Shown: positions 1 to 11,062, counted from the first letter of the stretch. The stretch is DNA of 64,000 nucleotides from an uncultured Oscillospiraceae bacterium (GCA_900768135.1 CAAGBT010000055.1:113852-177851), one strand, 5' to 3'. Numbers and translations are program-made. Notes: a model not told the origin generated them from the sequence alone.

Positions 1-294
1 CTTCCGGCGCTGCGCGTCCCGGCGCCGGACGTGAAGGAGATCCGCGATACGGTATCGGCGCTCCGGCTCGACGCTGTGGCGGCGAGCGGGTTTTCCCTCA
101 GCCGCGGCAGGGCGCAGGAGCTTATTTCCTCGGGGCGCGTGCAGCTCAACCATCGCGAAACGCTCAAGAGCGACGCGCCCGTTGCGCAGGGGGACGTGAT
201 CTCCGCGCGCGGACTGGGGAAGTTTGAGGTCGCCGCCGTGGGCGGACTGAGCAGAAAGGGAAGAACGGCGGTCACGCTGCGCCGCTATCTGTAA
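1..294 (+). CDS. S4-domain RNA-binding protein (YlmH-like), 5' partial. The frame is open to the window start.
   Basis: ORF 31..294 with no in-frame stop upstream to nt 1. The C-terminal sequence resembles an S4 RNA-binding fold (GRVQLNHRE..GDVISARGLGKFEV). Confidence 0.5.
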   Translation, partial: LPALRVPAPDVKEIRDTVSALRLDAVAASGFSLSRGRAQELISSGRVQLNHRETLKSDAPVAQGDVISARGLGKFEVAAVGGLSRKGRTAVTLRRYL

Positions 295-310
295 AGGAGA
301 AGAGAACGCA

Positions 311-559
311 ATGACGATGGATGAAAAGATCGCGCGGATCAACGCGCTGGCCCGCAAGGCGAAAAGCGCGGGCCTGACCGATGCGGAAAAGGAAGAACAG
401 GCGCGGCTCCGCCGCGACTACATCGACTCGGTGAAGGCAAACCTCAAATCGCAGCTCGACTCGCTCTACGTGCTCGATGAAAAGAGCGGCAAGAAGACGA
501 ACATCATCGACTTTGAACGCGAGCGCGCCGCGAGAGCGGGCGAAAAGAAGGAGAAATGA
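311..559 (+). CDS. DUF896 / UPF0291-family small protein (YnzC-like)
   Basis: 82-aa ORF with an ATG start. The sequence MTMDEKIARINALARKAKSAGLTDAEKEEQARLRRDYIDS is the typical UPF0291 signature. Confidence 0.6.
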   Translation: MTMDEKIARINALARKAKSAGLTDAEKEEQARLRRDYIDSVKANLKSQLDSLYVLDEKSGKKTNIIDFERERAARAGEKKEK

Positions 560-562
560 TCG

Positions 563-1783
563 ATGGGCAAGGAATTTGAGTACGACCCCGAAAGCGGCTC
601 ATTCCGCTTTGACGAGGGCGGGAAAGCACAGAAGAAGGATGGCGGCGACATCGGCAGCTGGATCGTCATCGCGGCGCTTTTTGCCTTCGGCCTCTGGCCG
701 ATCGGCCTGATCGCGCTCATTTCGAAGCTTTCCGACCGCCCGAAGAAGGCGAGCGCCCCGCGCAGCGGGATGCGCACGAGCACCAGCCCGAACGCAAACG
801 TCACCGCGCGCAGCACGAACAAGGTGGAAAAGACCGTCGTGCAGACGGCGAAGAAGATGAACCGCGCGCCGAAGACCTCGGACAAGACCGCGCGCATCCT
901 CACCATTGTCGGCGGCATTCTCGCCGCGTGCTTCGGTGTTGCGCTCATTCCGCAGATCGCCGAGATCATCGCCTACGGATGGTATTCCTATATGCTCAAG
1001 GATATCCTGTACACCGGCGGATTTCTTGCCGGCGGTCTTGTGATGTTTGCCGCCGGCCGGCGCATGAAGCGCCGCAGCGCGCGCATCGCGCGCTACCTCG
1101 CCGTGATGGGCGAGCGCAGCTATATTGGAATCAACGAGCTGTGCGCCGTTTCCGGCAAGCGCCGCAAGACCGTGGAACGCGACCTTGAGTTCATGGTGGA
1201 AAAGGGGATGCTCAGCGCCGGGGCCTATTTCGACAGCGGGCGCGGGATGTTCTTCCGCAGCGCCGAGGCGTTCGCCGAGTATGCGGAGGAAAAGAGCCGC
1301 CGGGAGAACGTTACCCCCAAGGAGGCCAACGAGGGCTACGCCGGCGCGCTGCGCGCCATCCGCGCCGCGAACGACCGCATTGCCGATCCCGTTCTTTCTG
1401 AGAAGATCGACCACCTCGAGCTGGTCGCGGGCAAGATCCTCCGCGAGGTGGAGGAGCATCCGGAAAAGCAGCGGCAGGCGGCAACGTTCCTCAATTATTA
1501 CCTGCCCACAACGCTCAAGCTGCTTGACAGCTATGCAAAGTTTGAAGAGGCGGGGATCGAGGGCGAAAATCTCTCCCGCGCGCAGGAGCGCATCGAGGAG
1601 ACGATGGACGCGCTCATCAAGGGCTTTGACAAGCAGCTTGACGACCTTTACCGCAGCGAGGCGATGGACATCGACAGCGATATCCGCGTGATGGAAAATA
1701 TGCTCCGGCGCGACACGGTGAGCGTGGAAGAGGACTTCGGCCTCGGCGGCGCGGCGGTGCAGCGCGCGCAGGAGGAGGAATAA
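563..1783 (+). CDS. Membrane protein with a C-terminal XpaC/TelA-like (5-bromo-4-chloroindolyl phosphate hydrolysis) domain
   Basis: 406 aa with N-terminal transmembrane helices. The C-terminal region (IDHLELVAGKILREVEEHPEK..LNYYLPTTLKLLDSYAKFEE) resembles the XpaC/TelA family, recalled from memory. Confidence 0.4.
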   Translation: MGKEFEYDPESGSFRFDEGGKAQKKDGGDIGSWIVIAALFAFGLWPIGLIALISKLSDRPKKASAPRSGMRTSTSPNANVTARSTNKVEKTVVQTAKKMNRAPKTSDKTARILTIVGGILAACFGVALIPQIAEIIAYGWYSYMLKDILYTGGFLAGGLVMFAAGRRMKRRSARIARYLAVMGERSYIGINELCAVSGKRRKTVERDLEFMVEKGMLSAGAYFDSGRGMFFRSAEAFAEYAEEKSRRENVTPKEANEGYAGALRAIRAANDRIADPVLSEKIDHLELVAGKILREVEEHPEKQRQAATFLNYYLPTTLKLLDSYAKFEEAGIEGENLSRAQERIEETMDALIKGFDKQLDDLYRSEAMDIDSDIRVMENMLRRDTVSVEEDFGLGGAAVQRAQEEE

Positions 1784-1856
1784 GGCGCGGAGACGACGGG
1801 TTTCGGCCTGCCGCGCCGCCCCTGCTGTGCTATGGTAAGAAATGAAGGAGAAGCGC

Positions 1857-3821
1857 ATGAACAAACCGGGCAGACGATTTGACGCCGCCGCCTTTTACGG
1901 CGGCACGAACAGCGAGGCCTACCGCTATCTGGGCGCGCACCGCGCGCGGCGCGGCGGCGTGGAGGGCTACGTTTTCCGCGTGTGGGCGCCAAACGCCGCC
2001 TACGTCTCCGTTGTGGGAGATTTCTGCGGCTGGAACGGATATGAGCATCCCATGCAGCGCAATGCCGACGGCTTCTGGGAGACCTTTGCTGCAGGGCTGA
2101 AGCAGTACGACGCCTACAAATACGCCGTTACCTCTGCGCAGGGCCGCACGGTGCTGAAGACGGATCCCTATGCGTTCCACGCGGAAACGCGCCCCGGCAA
2201 CGCCGGAAAGCTTTACGATCTGCGCGGCTACCGCTGGGGGGATAAAGCGTGGCGCGAAAGCCGCGCGTCCCGCCCGGCCTGCGAGGGGCCGCTCAATATT
2301 TACGAGGTACACCTCGGTTCCTGGCGCAGGCGCGAAAACGGCGGGTTCTACGATTACCGCTCGCTGGCGCGCGAGCTTGCACCCTACGTCAGGGAGCTTG
2401 GCTACAACTGCGTTGAGCTGATGCCCATCACCGAGTATCCGCTCGACGATTCCTGGGGCTATCAGTGTACCGGCTATTTTGCCGCCACCTCGCGCTACGG
2501 CACGCCGAAGGACTTTATGTATTTTGTCGATTATATGCACCGCAGCGGCATTTCCGTTATCCTTGACTGGGTGCCTGCGCATTTCTGCAAGGATGAACAC
2601 GGACTGATCGACTTTGACGGCACGCCCTGCTACGAATATGCCGACCCGCTCAAGCGCGAGCATGAGGGATGGGGGACGCGGGTGTTCGATTACGGACGCG
2701 GCGAGGTGAGGAGCTTTCTGCTCTCGTCGGCCGCATTCTGGCTGCGCGAGTTCCACCTCGACGGTCTGCGCGTGGATGCGGTCGCCTCCATGCTGTACCT
2801 CGACTACGGACGCGCGGCGGGATGCTGGACGCCCAACCGGTACGGCGGGCGCGAAAATCTGGAGGCCATCGAATTCCTCCGCGCGCTGAACCGCACCGCA
2901 TTTGCCGTTAATCCCGGCGCGCTCATGGTAGCGGAGGAGTCTACGGCGTGGCCGCTTGTCACGCGCCCGGCGGAGGACGGGGGACTGGGATTCAACCTCA
3001 AGTGGAACATGGGCTGGATGAACGATATGTGCCACTACCTGAAGCTTGACCCGTGGTTCCGTCAGTTCCACCACAGGGACATCACCTTCTCGCTGATGTA
3101 CGCTTTTTCCGAGAACTTTGTTCTTCCCATCTCGCACGATGAGGTGGTCTACATGAAAGGCTCGCTGCGCGGCAAAATGCCAGGGGACGACTGGCAGCAG
3201 CTCGCCGGCGTGCGTGCGTTCACGGCGTATCTTCTTTCCCACCCGGGAAAGAAGCTTACGTTTATGGGCGCTGAGCTTGGCCAGTGGCACGAGTGGGATT
3301 TTGCCTCGCAGCTCGACTGGTATCTGCTCGAAAATGAGGAAAACCGGAAGATCCACCGCTTTTTCAAGGAGATCAACGCCTTTTACCTGTCGCAGAGTCC
3401 GCTCTGGGAGATCGACTTTTCGTGGGAGGGCTTTGAGTGGCTCGTGGCCGATGACAACGAGAACAACGTTGTCGTTTTCGTCCGGCGTGACCGCGCGGGC
3501 GGAGAGCTGATCGCCGCCGTCAATTTCTCCCCTGTCGGGCGGCGCGGCTACCGCTTCGGCGTGCCGCCGAAGGCGGCGTACCGCGAGGCGTTTACCACCG
3601 ACCGGCGCGAATACGGCGGCACGGGCGATTGGCTGAACAGCGTACCCGTCAAAACGCAGGCGCTGCCCTCGCATGGGCGCCCCTGCTCCATTGCCGTGGA
3701 TCTGCCGCCGCTCGGCGCGGCGTTCTTTGTCGGCGAGGGCGTGTGGACCGCGCCGAACGAGGTGCGGGAAGAACCGCCGGAGGAACAGCTGGAAAAAGCA
3801 AATGATCGTATGGATCTATGA
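1857..3821 (+). CDS. glgB: 1,4-alpha-glucan branching enzyme
   Basis: GH13 branching-enzyme sequence throughout. The internal ATG at 1857 is preceded by AAGGAG, while the earlier ATG at 1842 has only a weak RBS. Confidence 0.9.
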   Translation: MNKPGRRFDAAAFYGGTNSEAYRYLGAHRARRGGVEGYVFRVWAPNAAYVSVVGDFCGWNGYEHPMQRNADGFWETFAAGLKQYDAYKYAVTSAQGRTVLKTDPYAFHAETRPGNAGKLYDLRGYRWGDKAWRESRASRPACEGPLNIYEVHLGSWRRRENGGFYDYRSLARELAPYVRELGYNCVELMPITEYPLDDSWGYQCTGYFAATSRYGTPKDFMYFVDYMHRSGISVILDWVPAHFCKDEHGLIDFDGTPCYEYADPLKREHEGWGTRVFDYGRGEVRSFLLSSAAFWLREFHLDGLRVDAVASMLYLDYGRAAGCWTPNRYGGRENLEAIEFLRALNRTAFAVNPGALMVAEESTAWPLVTRPAEDGGLGFNLKWNMGWMNDMCHYLKLDPWFRQFHHRDITFSLMYAFSENFVLPISHDEVVYMKGSLRGKMPGDDWQQLAGVRAFTAYLLSHPGKKLTFMGAELGQWHEWDFASQLDWYLLENEENRKIHRFFKEINAFYLSQSPLWEIDFSWEGFEWLVADDNENNVVVFVRRDRAGGELIAAVNFSPVGRRGYRFGVPPKAAYREAFTTDRREYGGTGDWLNSVPVKTQALPSHGRPCSIAVDLPPLGAAFFVGEGVWTAPNEVREEPPEEQLEKANDRMDL

Positions 3822-3850
3822 TAAAAAGGCTAAAAGGAGGAGTTACGAGC

Positions 3851-5059
3851 GTGAAAAAAGAATGTATCGCCATGCTGCTTGCCGGCGGGCAGGGCAGCCG
3901 GCTCTATGTGCTTACGGAGAATATGGCAAAGCCCGCCGTGCCGTTCGGCGGCAAGTTCCGCATTATCGACTTTCCGCTTTCCAACTGCGCCAATGCCGGC
4001 ATCGATACCGTCGGCGTTCTTACGCAATACCGCCCGCTGGAGCTGAACCGCTACATCGGCTCCGGTCAGCCGTGGGATCTTGACCGCAGCGACGGCGGCG
4101 TTCATATCCTGCCGCCGTATCAGAGCGCAGACGGTGCGTCGTGGTATAAGGGTACGGCCAATGCTATTTTCCAGAATATCGGCTTTGTCGATATGTACGA
4201 TCCGGATTACGTTCTCATCCTCTCCGGCGACCATATCTACAAGATGGACTACGCCGCGATGCTCACCCACCACAAGCGCGCAGGCGCGGACTGCACCATC
4301 TCCGTGATGGAGGTCCCCTGGGAGGAGGCTTCGCGCTTCGGCATCATGAACGTGGACGCGGAGGATACCATTGTCGCCTTTGAGGAAAAGCCCGCGCAGC
4401 CGAAAAGCAACCTTGCCTCTATGGGCATTTACATCTTTTCCTGGCAGAAGCTGCGCCGCTATCTGATCGAGGACGAGGGCGATGAGGCCAGCAGTAACGA
4501 TTTCGGCAAAAATATCATCCCCAAAATGCTGGCGAACGGCGAGAAAATGTCTGCCTACCGCTTCGAGGGATACTGGAAGGACGTCGGCACGCTGGATTCC
4601 CTCTGGGATGCGAATATGGATATGCTTGCACCCGGCAGCGGGCTGAATCTGCTGGAAAAAGACTGGCCGATTTACAGCCGCTCGCCCTCCGTGCCGCCGG
4701 CGTTCCTTGGAAAGCGCGCCCATGTGGAGCACAGCGTTGTTTCCCGCGGCTGCGCCGTGGAGGGCGAGGCGGAGAACTCCGTCCTCTCCGAGCGCTGCAC
4801 CGTGGAGGAGGGGGCAAGCGTCCAGTATTCCATCCTGATGCCCGGCGCGGTGGTGAAAAAGGACGCGCGCGTAGCTTACGCCATCATCGGCGAAGACGCC
4901 GTGATCGGCGAACGCGCGCTTGTCGGCCAGCCGCCGGAGAGCGCTGCGCCGGAGAACTGGGGCATCGCCGTGGTCGGGCCCGGCGCGGCGGTGGCGGACG
5001 GACATATTTTGCCGGCCAAGCGGATGCGCAGCCGCGACGGAAAGGAGACGGTACGATGA
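3851..5059 (+). CDS. glgC: Glucose-1-phosphate adenylyltransferase catalytic subunit
   Basis: The start region [25 protein letters not shown] is the canonical GlgC N-terminus. A GTG start at 3851 follows AAAAGGAGG, and the 3' end overlaps glgD by ATGA. Confidence 0.9.
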   Translation: MKKECIAMLLAGGQGSRLYVLTENMAKPAVPFGGKFRIIDFPLSNCANAGIDTVGVLTQYRPLELNRYIGSGQPWDLDRSDGGVHILPPYQSADGASWYKGTANAIFQNIGFVDMYDPDYVLILSGDHIYKMDYAAMLTHHKRAGADCTISVMEVPWEEASRFGIMNVDAEDTIVAFEEKPAQPKSNLASMGIYIFSWQKLRRYLIEDEGDEASSNDFGKNIIPKMLANGEKMSAYRFEGYWKDVGTLDSLWDANMDMLAPGSGLNLLEKDWPIYSRSPSVPPAFLGKRAHVEHSVVSRGCAVEGEAENSVLSERCTVEEGASVQYSILMPGAVVKKDARVAYAIIGEDAVIGERALVGQPPESAAPENWGIAVVGPGAAVADGHILPAKRMRSRDGKETVR

Positions 5060-6168
5060 ACGGACTGCACGGGATCATTTTCGCCTATGAAAAATCACCC
5101 GGCCTGCGTGAGCTGACGGAGCGGCGGATGCCCGCCTCGCTTCCCTTCGGCGGGCGCTACCGCGCCGTGGACTTCATGCTCTCCAACATGGAGAGCGCCG
5201 GCATCACGGATGTGGGCGTGGTGCTGCACGGGAATTATCAGAGCCTGATCGACCATATCGGCAACGGCAAAACGTGGGATATGGCGCGCAAATACGGCGG
5301 ACTGAAGCTGCTGCCGCCCTTTGCCGGCGGCAGCAAGTACCGCAGCGAGGAGTTCCGCGGCAAGCTCGATGCGCTTGCCGGCGTGCGATCCTATCTTGCC
5401 AGCATCCGGCAGGATTATGTGGTGCTGTCCGACAGCGACCTGATCATCAATCTTCCGCTCCAGCAGGTGCTGGAGGCGCATCTGGAAAGCGGCGCGGATA
5501 TCACCTGTGTCTGCACGGCGAACGGCGGCTTTGTGGAGAACGCTACCTACTTTACGCTGGACGATGCAGGGCGCGTTACGCAGACGCGCTGCGCCCCGCG
5601 CACGGCCTCGGGCTATCGCAGCCTTGAGATTTATCTGCTGCGGCGCGAGCTGCTGCTGGCGCTTGTAGATGAATGCGCCGCGCAGGAGCAGTACAGCTTC
5701 CGCAGCGATGTGCTGTGCGCGAGAGGACGGCAGCTTGACCTGCGCGGCTTTGTGTGGGATGGGTTTGCCGCGCAGCTGCGCACTGTGCGCGAATATTACG
5801 AGCGCAGCATGGAGCTGCTCGATCCCGCCGTCCGCGCGGAGCTTTTCTGCCCGGCGCGGCCCATCCGCGCCAAGGAGGACGACGAGGCCGCATCCTATAT
5901 CGCGCCGGATACGCGCTGCGCGAACGCGCTGATCGCCGACGGATGCCAGATCGAGGGTACGGTGGAGGACAGCATCCTCTTCCCGGGCGTCAGGATCGGC
6001 AAGGGCAGCAGCGTGAAAAACTGCATCCTCTTTAAGAATACCGTAGTGGAGGACGGAGTGACGCTCCGGAACGTTATTACGGACAAAAATGTGCGCATCC
6101 GCTGCGGCGGTACGCTCATCGGGCACGAGAGCTATCCGCTTGCCGTAAGCAAGGGCAGCGTGATATGA
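5056..6168 (+). CDS. glgD: Glucose-1-phosphate adenylyltransferase regulatory subunit GlgD
   Basis: GlgC paralog ([15 protein letters not shown]) with divergent catalytic residues. It sits in the glgC-glgD-glgA order typical of Firmicutes. Confidence 0.85.
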   Translation: MNGLHGIIFAYEKSPGLRELTERRMPASLPFGGRYRAVDFMLSNMESAGITDVGVVLHGNYQSLIDHIGNGKTWDMARKYGGLKLLPPFAGGSKYRSEEFRGKLDALAGVRSYLASIRQDYVVLSDSDLIINLPLQQVLEAHLESGADITCVCTANGGFVENATYFTLDDAGRVTQTRCAPRTASGYRSLEIYLLRRELLLALVDECAAQEQYSFRSDVLCARGRQLDLRGFVWDGFAAQLRTVREYYERSMELLDPAVRAELFCPARPIRAKEDDEAASYIAPDTRCANALIADGCQIEGTVEDSILFPGVRIGKGSSVKNCILFKNTVVEDGVTLRNVITDKNVRIRCGGTLIGHESYPLAVSKGSVI

Positions 6169-6206
6169 CAGCTCTCCTCGAACGAACAGAGGAAAGGAGA
6201 ATCGGA

Positions 6207-7640
6207 ATGAACATTTTATATGCAGCCAGCGAGGCGGCGCCATTCTGCAAGACCGGCGGCCTTGCGGATGTAGCGGGCAGCCTGCCGCAGGCGCTGGCCG
6301 CGAACGGCGACCGCGTAAGCGTGATCCTGCCGCTCTACGAATGCGTGAAGGATCGGTGGGGCGATCAGCTGCACTTTGAAAAGTGGACGTTTGTGCGCCT
6401 TGCGTGGCGCAGCGTGTACTGCGGGCTGTTCTCGCTTGAGCGCGAGGGCGTTACCTGGTATTTTGTGGATAACGAGAGCTATTTCCGCCGCAGCGAGCTT
6501 TACGGCTACTTCGACGATGGCGAGCGCTTCGCCTTCTTTTCCCGTGCGGTGACAGAGCTGCTGAAGTCTCTGCCGGAAAAGCCGGACGTTGTTCACTGCA
6601 ACGACTGGCAGAGCGCGCTCATCCCTGTGTATATCCGCGACGAGGCCGTGCGCGACGATTTTTACAAGAGCATCCGCACGGTCGTCACCGTCCACAATAT
6701 CGAATACCAGGGGCGCTATGGGCGCGAAACGCTTGAGGACCTCTTCGGCCTGGACCGCGGCTGGTTCGACGGCGGCACGCTGGAATTCGGCGGCGATATC
6801 AACCTGCTCAAGGGCGCGATCGTCACGGCGGACGCCGTGACTGCCGTCAGCCCCACCTACGCGCAGGAGCTGAAATACGCCTACTTTGCCCATGGTCTTG
6901 AAACGGTGATGGCCGGGAACGCGCGCAAGCTGCACGGCGTACTCAACGGCATCGACATGAAGCGCTACGACCCCGCCGCAGACGGCAGCCTTGTGAGCGC
7001 CTACAGCGCGCACGACCTTTCCGGAAAGGCGAAGGACAAGGCGCAGCTGCAAACGGCGCTTGGCCTTCCGGAGCGGCCCGATACGCCCGTGCTTGCCATG
7101 GTCTCCCGCCTTGTGGCCCACAAGGGGCTGGATCTCGTATGCGAAACGCTCGACTACTTTATGGAGAAGGACGTGCAGTTTGTCGTTCTCGGCAAGGGCG
7201 ATGCGAAGTATGAGACCTTCTTCCGCTTTGCGCAGTCCCGCTACGGCGGGCGCATGGCGGTGTACCTGGGCTATTCGGAGAGCCTTGCCATGCAGATCTA
7301 CGCGGGCGCGGATCTGTTCCTGATGCCCTCGAAGAGCGAACCCTGCGGCCTTTCGCAGATGATCGCCATGCGCTACGGCGCGGTGCCGATCGTGCGCGAG
7401 ACCGGCGGCCTGAAGGATACCGTACACGCCTACGAGGCATGGAACGGCGCGGGCAACGGCTTCAGCTTTGCCAACTATAACGCCGGCGATATGTGCCATG
7501 TGATCTGCGAGGCGATCGACCTTTACCATAACAACAGGGCCGCTTACGCGCTTCTCCAGCAGCGCGGCATGACCGCCGACTTCAGCTGGGCGCGCTCGGC
7601 GCAGGAATACCACGATATTTACGAATCCATCTGCAAATGA
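6207..7640 (+). CDS. glgA: Glycogen synthase (ADP-glucose type)
   Basis: MNILYAASEAAPFCKTGGLADV is the canonical GT5 glycogen synthase N-terminus. The start is preceded by AAAGGAG. Confidence 0.9.
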   Translation: MNILYAASEAAPFCKTGGLADVAGSLPQALAANGDRVSVILPLYECVKDRWGDQLHFEKWTFVRLAWRSVYCGLFSLEREGVTWYFVDNESYFRRSELYGYFDDGERFAFFSRAVTELLKSLPEKPDVVHCNDWQSALIPVYIRDEAVRDDFYKSIRTVVTVHNIEYQGRYGRETLEDLFGLDRGWFDGGTLEFGGDINLLKGAIVTADAVTAVSPTYAQELKYAYFAHGLETVMAGNARKLHGVLNGIDMKRYDPAADGSLVSAYSAHDLSGKAKDKAQLQTALGLPERPDTPVLAMVSRLVAHKGLDLVCETLDYFMEKDVQFVVLGKGDAKYETFFRFAQSRYGGRMAVYLGYSESLAMQIYAGADLFLMPSKSEPCGLSQMIAMRYGAVPIVRETGGLKDTVHAYEAWNGAGNGFSFANYNAGDMCHVICEAIDLYHNNRAAYALLQQRGMTADFSWARSAQEYHDIYESICK

Positions 7641-7658
7641 AAGAAAAGGGAATGATCT

Positions 7659-10067
7659 ATGTCCATTGATTCCGTGAAAGCAATGAAAGAAGCGCTGTGC
7701 GAAAAGCTGAAGGTCAGCTTTGGCAGCACCGTGGAAGAGGCCAGCGACGCGCAGATGCTGCGCGCAAGCGCGCTGGTGCTGCGCGACGTGATGGCTGAGC
7801 GCGGCGTTGATACGAGCCGCAGAACGCGCGAAAAGCATATGAGGCAGGTGCATTATCTGTCTATGGAGTTCCTGATGGGGCGCAGCCTGATGAAAAACGC
7901 CTTCAATTTAGGCGTCGGCGAGATCCTTACCGAGGCGCTGGACGAGCTGGGCTTCCGCGCGGCGGACGTTTTTGAAAGCGAGCCTGACGCAGGGCTGGGC
8001 AACGGCGGCCTTGGCCGCCTCGCCGCCTGCTATCTCGATTCCATGACCACGCTCGATATCCCTGCCGCAGGCTATTCCATCTGCTATGAGCTGGGCATTT
8101 TCCGCCAGCGCATCGTGGACGGCCAGCAGGTAGAGCTGCCGGACGACTGGAAGGAGCTGGGCGGCGCATGGCTCATGCCAAAGCCGCAGGAGACAGAGAC
8201 GGTCCGATTCGGCGGCACGATCCGCCAGTTCTGGGACGGCGGACGGCTGCACGTTGTGCCGGAGGGCGCAACGGAGGTGCTGGCCATCCCCTGCGATATG
8301 GAGATCGCCGGCTACGGCACAGACACTGTGAACACGCTGCGGCTGTGGGATGCAAAGTCTCCCGTGCCGCTCGATATGTCGCTCTTTTCTCAGGGTGAGT
8401 ATCTGCGCGCGCAGGAGCAGCACGCCATGGCTGAGACCATCGCCAAGGTGCTTTATCCCGAGGACAACCATCCCGAGGGGAAGAGCCTGCGCCTGAAGCA
8501 GCAGTATTTCTTTGTTTCTGCCACGATGCAGTCCATCGTGCGCAAGCACATCGAGGTTTACGGCACGGCGGCGAATTTCCACGAGAAGAACGTCATCCAG
8601 ATCAACGACACGCACCCTGCGCTCGTCATCCCAGAGCTGATGCGCATCCTGATGGATGACGCGGGCCTTGACTGGGATACTGCGTGGAGCATCACCTCGC
8701 AGTCTGTTGCCTATACGAACCACACGGTGCTTGCCGAGGCGCTGGAGCGCTGGCCGCAGGAGCTGATGCAGTCGCTCCTGCCGCGCATCTGGACGATCCT
8801 CACCGAAATCGCCCGCCGCTATCAGGAAAGAATCGAGAATTACTACCACGACCCCGCCAAAACGCGCGAGCTTGCCATCATCTGGGATGGACAGGTGAGG
8901 ATGGCAAACCTCTGCATTGCCGGCGGCATGGCCGTGAACGGCGTGAGCGCCCTGCATTCCGACATTCTGCGCAGCGACGTATTCAAATACCAGTGCGCCA
9001 TGGAGCCGGAAAAATTCAAAAATGTCACCAACGGCATCGACCATCGCCGCTGGCTCGCGCAGATCAATCCGCGGCTCGACGGGCTGGTGCGCGCCCTCTG
9101 CGGCGGCGACGAGTATCTGCTGCACCCCGAGGCGCTGAAGAAGCTGGAAGCGTATGCGGACGACGCTGCGGTCCTTGACCGCCTTGGCGAGATCAAGCGC
9201 GCCAATAAGCTCGACTTTGCCGCCTACGTCAAAAAGACGCAGGGCGCCGTACTCAACACGGACGCGATCTTCGACGTGCAGGTCAAGCGCCTGCACGAGT
9301 ACAAGCGCCAGCTGCTCAACGCCATGCACATTCTCTATCTCTACCAGCAGCTGCAGGATGACCCCGGCCGCGCCATGCAGCCGCGGGTGTTCCTCTTCGG
9401 CGCAAAGGCTGCGCCGGGCTATGCGGTCGCCAAGCGCATCATTCACCTCATCAACTCTCTTGCCGCTGAGATCAATGCCGATCCCATCTGCCGCGACAGG
9501 CTGCAGGTGGTGTTTCTGGAGAACTATCGCGTGTCGCTCGCCGAGCATCTGATGCCCGCAAGCGAGGTGAGCCAGCAGATCTCCACCGCGGGCAAGGAAG
9601 CCAGCGGCACGGGCAACATGAAGTTCATGATGAACGGCGCGCTGACCGTCGGCACGCTCGACGGCGCGAACGTTGAGATGCACGAGGTGCTGGGCGATGA
9701 GAATATGTTCCTCTTCGGCCTGCACGCCGACGAGGTGGTGCGCTTAAAGCGCGAGGGCTATACGCCGCAGAAGCTCTATGCCCGCGACGGGAATCTCCGC
9801 CGCGTGATCGACAAGCTGAAAACCGGCTTTTCCGACGGCGTCTCCTACGACGATCTTGCCTCGCGGCTGCTGATGAACGACGAATATATGCTGCTTCAGG
9901 ACTTCGCATCCTACTGCGCCGCCGAGCAGCGTATGGCCGATACCTATGCCGACCGCGGGACGTGGAACCGTATGTCGCTTCTCAACGTTGCGCGCAGCGG
10001 CATCTTCGCCGCCGATCGCGCCGTGGCGCAGTATGCGGACACGATCTGGCACGTTCCGCACAAATAA
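7659..10067 (+). CDS. glgP: Glycogen / alpha-glucan phosphorylase
   Basis: 802-aa GT35 phosphorylase. It carries the pyridoxal-phosphate Lys region (..TAGKEASGTGNMKFMMNGALTVGTLDGANVEM). Confidence 0.9.
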   Translation: MSIDSVKAMKEALCEKLKVSFGSTVEEASDAQMLRASALVLRDVMAERGVDTSRRTREKHMRQVHYLSMEFLMGRSLMKNAFNLGVGEILTEALDELGFRAADVFESEPDAGLGNGGLGRLAACYLDSMTTLDIPAAGYSICYELGIFRQRIVDGQQVELPDDWKELGGAWLMPKPQETETVRFGGTIRQFWDGGRLHVVPEGATEVLAIPCDMEIAGYGTDTVNTLRLWDAKSPVPLDMSLFSQGEYLRAQEQHAMAETIAKVLYPEDNHPEGKSLRLKQQYFFVSATMQSIVRKHIEVYGTAANFHEKNVIQINDTHPALVIPELMRILMDDAGLDWDTAWSITSQSVAYTNHTVLAEALERWPQELMQSLLPRIWTILTEIARRYQERIENYYHDPAKTRELAIIWDGQVRMANLCIAGGMAVNGVSALHSDILRSDVFKYQCAMEPEKFKNVTNGIDHRRWLAQINPRLDGLVRALCGGDEYLLHPEALKKLEAYADDAAVLDRLGEIKRANKLDFAAYVKKTQGAVLNTDAIFDVQVKRLHEYKRQLLNAMHILYLYQQLQDDPGRAMQPRVFLFGAKAAPGYAVAKRIIHLINSLAAEINADPICRDRLQVVFLENYRVSLAEHLMPASEVSQQISTAGKEASGTGNMKFMMNGALTVGTLDGANVEMHEVLGDENMFLFGLHADEVVRLKREGYTPQKLYARDGNLRRVIDKLKTGFSDGVSYDDLASRLLMNDEYMLLQDFASYCAAEQRMADTYADRGTWNRMSLLNVARSGIFAADRAVAQYADTIWHVPHK

Positions 10068-10077
10068 AGATTTCAAA

Positions 10078-10112
10078 AGAGGGACAGCTTTGCTGTCCCT
10101 CTTTTGATTTTT
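10078..10112 (+). terminator. Rho-independent terminator of the glg operon, followed by a second hairpin at 10113..10141
   Basis: AAGAGGGACAGC-tttg-CTGTCCCTCTT followed by TTGATTTTT. Immediately after comes a perfect 13-bp hairpin, ACAAAGAAGTGGC-tgt-GCCACTTCTTTGT. Confidence 0.6.
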
Positions 10113-10355
10113 ACAAAGAAGTGGCTGTGCCACTTCTTTGTAAAGATTCGCTTCGTTCTGCGCCTCGGTTGTCCGATTTAAGCGGACAATTCGACGCTCA
10201 CTTCGCGCAAAGTGTTTTCTGCCACGCACATGTCGCGGCAGAAAACGGATTACATAGATTTCACGCCTGCGGGCGTGAAACTCTGCGAGGCTTTTGGAAC
10301 TTTTTTGATGGTTCTTGCGTCTAAAGGAACAACTACTGATGAGGAGGACTCTGCC

Positions 10356-10985
10356 ATGAAGAAGTTGTTTTCCCTAGCTCTTGCGTGTTTGCTGCTCTTT
10401 TCGCTCTCGGCCTGCGGGCGGGAACCGAAGGAAGAGGTGAGTGACGAAAAGCCCGTGATTTACCTCTATCCCGAGCAGGAAACGGATGTACGCGTGACGC
10501 TTGATCTTGCGGGCGAGCTGACGTGCGCCTATCCCGCCTACGGAGACGGCTGGAGCGTCCATGCCGCGCCGGACGGCACGCTGACGGACGAAAATGGCCA
10601 AACCTACCGCTACCTCTACTGGGAGGGTACGTCGGAGGCAGATTACGACTTTTCCGCCGGCTTCTGCGTCGCGGGAGAGGATACCGCGGCGTTCCTCGAG
10701 GACGCGCTCGCAAGGCTGGGACTTACGCGAGCCGAGGCGAACGAGTTCATCATCTACTGGCTGCCGCAGATGCAGGACAATGCCTACAACCTCATCTCGT
10801 TCCAGCAGGAGATTTACACCGATTCGGCGAAGCTGACGATCGACCCCGCGCCGGATACGCTGCTGCGCGTTTTCATGGCGTGGCAGCCGTCGGAGAGATT
10901 TATCGAGCTTTCTGCGCAGGAGCTTTCCGCGCCCGAGCGCACAGGCTTCACGGCCGTGGAATGGGGAGGCTGCGCAGTGCAGTGA
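10356..10985 (+). CDS. Lipoprotein of unknown function
   Basis: GAGGAGG RBS, then ATG. A signal peptide with an LSAC lipobox (MKKLFSLALACLLLFSLSACG) is present. The six-frame ORF starts at 10212 (GTG), but that start has no RBS and lies inside a hairpin loop. Confidence 0.5.
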   Translation: MKKLFSLALACLLLFSLSACGREPKEEVSDEKPVIYLYPEQETDVRVTLDLAGELTCAYPAYGDGWSVHAAPDGTLTDENGQTYRYLYWEGTSEADYDFSAGFCVAGEDTAAFLEDALARLGLTRAEANEFIIYWLPQMQDNAYNLISFQQEIYTDSAKLTIDPAPDTLLRVFMAWQPSERFIELSAQELSAPERTGFTAVEWGGCAVQ

Positions 10986-11062
10986 TGCGCGCCTTTCCTC
11001 GTATTGACAGCCGTGGTATAATCATACACGACTGAAAATATGAGAAAACAGAGGAAAACGCT

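Noticed and set aside
599-5078. Numerous long antisense or alternative-frame ORFs, for example 599..1864(-), 1830..3674(-), 3830..5005(-), 5095..6243(-), 6216..7853(-), 7908..9725(-), 10814..12184(-), 16951..19254(+) and 22970..25819(-)
   Set aside because: They overlap well-supported genes on the opposite strand or another frame. Their Arg/Ala/Gly/Pro-rich low-complexity translations are typical of GC-rich spurious ORFs.
10212-10355. Long N-terminal extension of the lipoprotein ORF (six-frame start at 10212)
   Set aside because: No RBS, a GTG start embedded in a hairpin loop, and the ATG at 10356 has a perfect GAGGAGG RBS followed by a canonical lipoprotein signal peptide.
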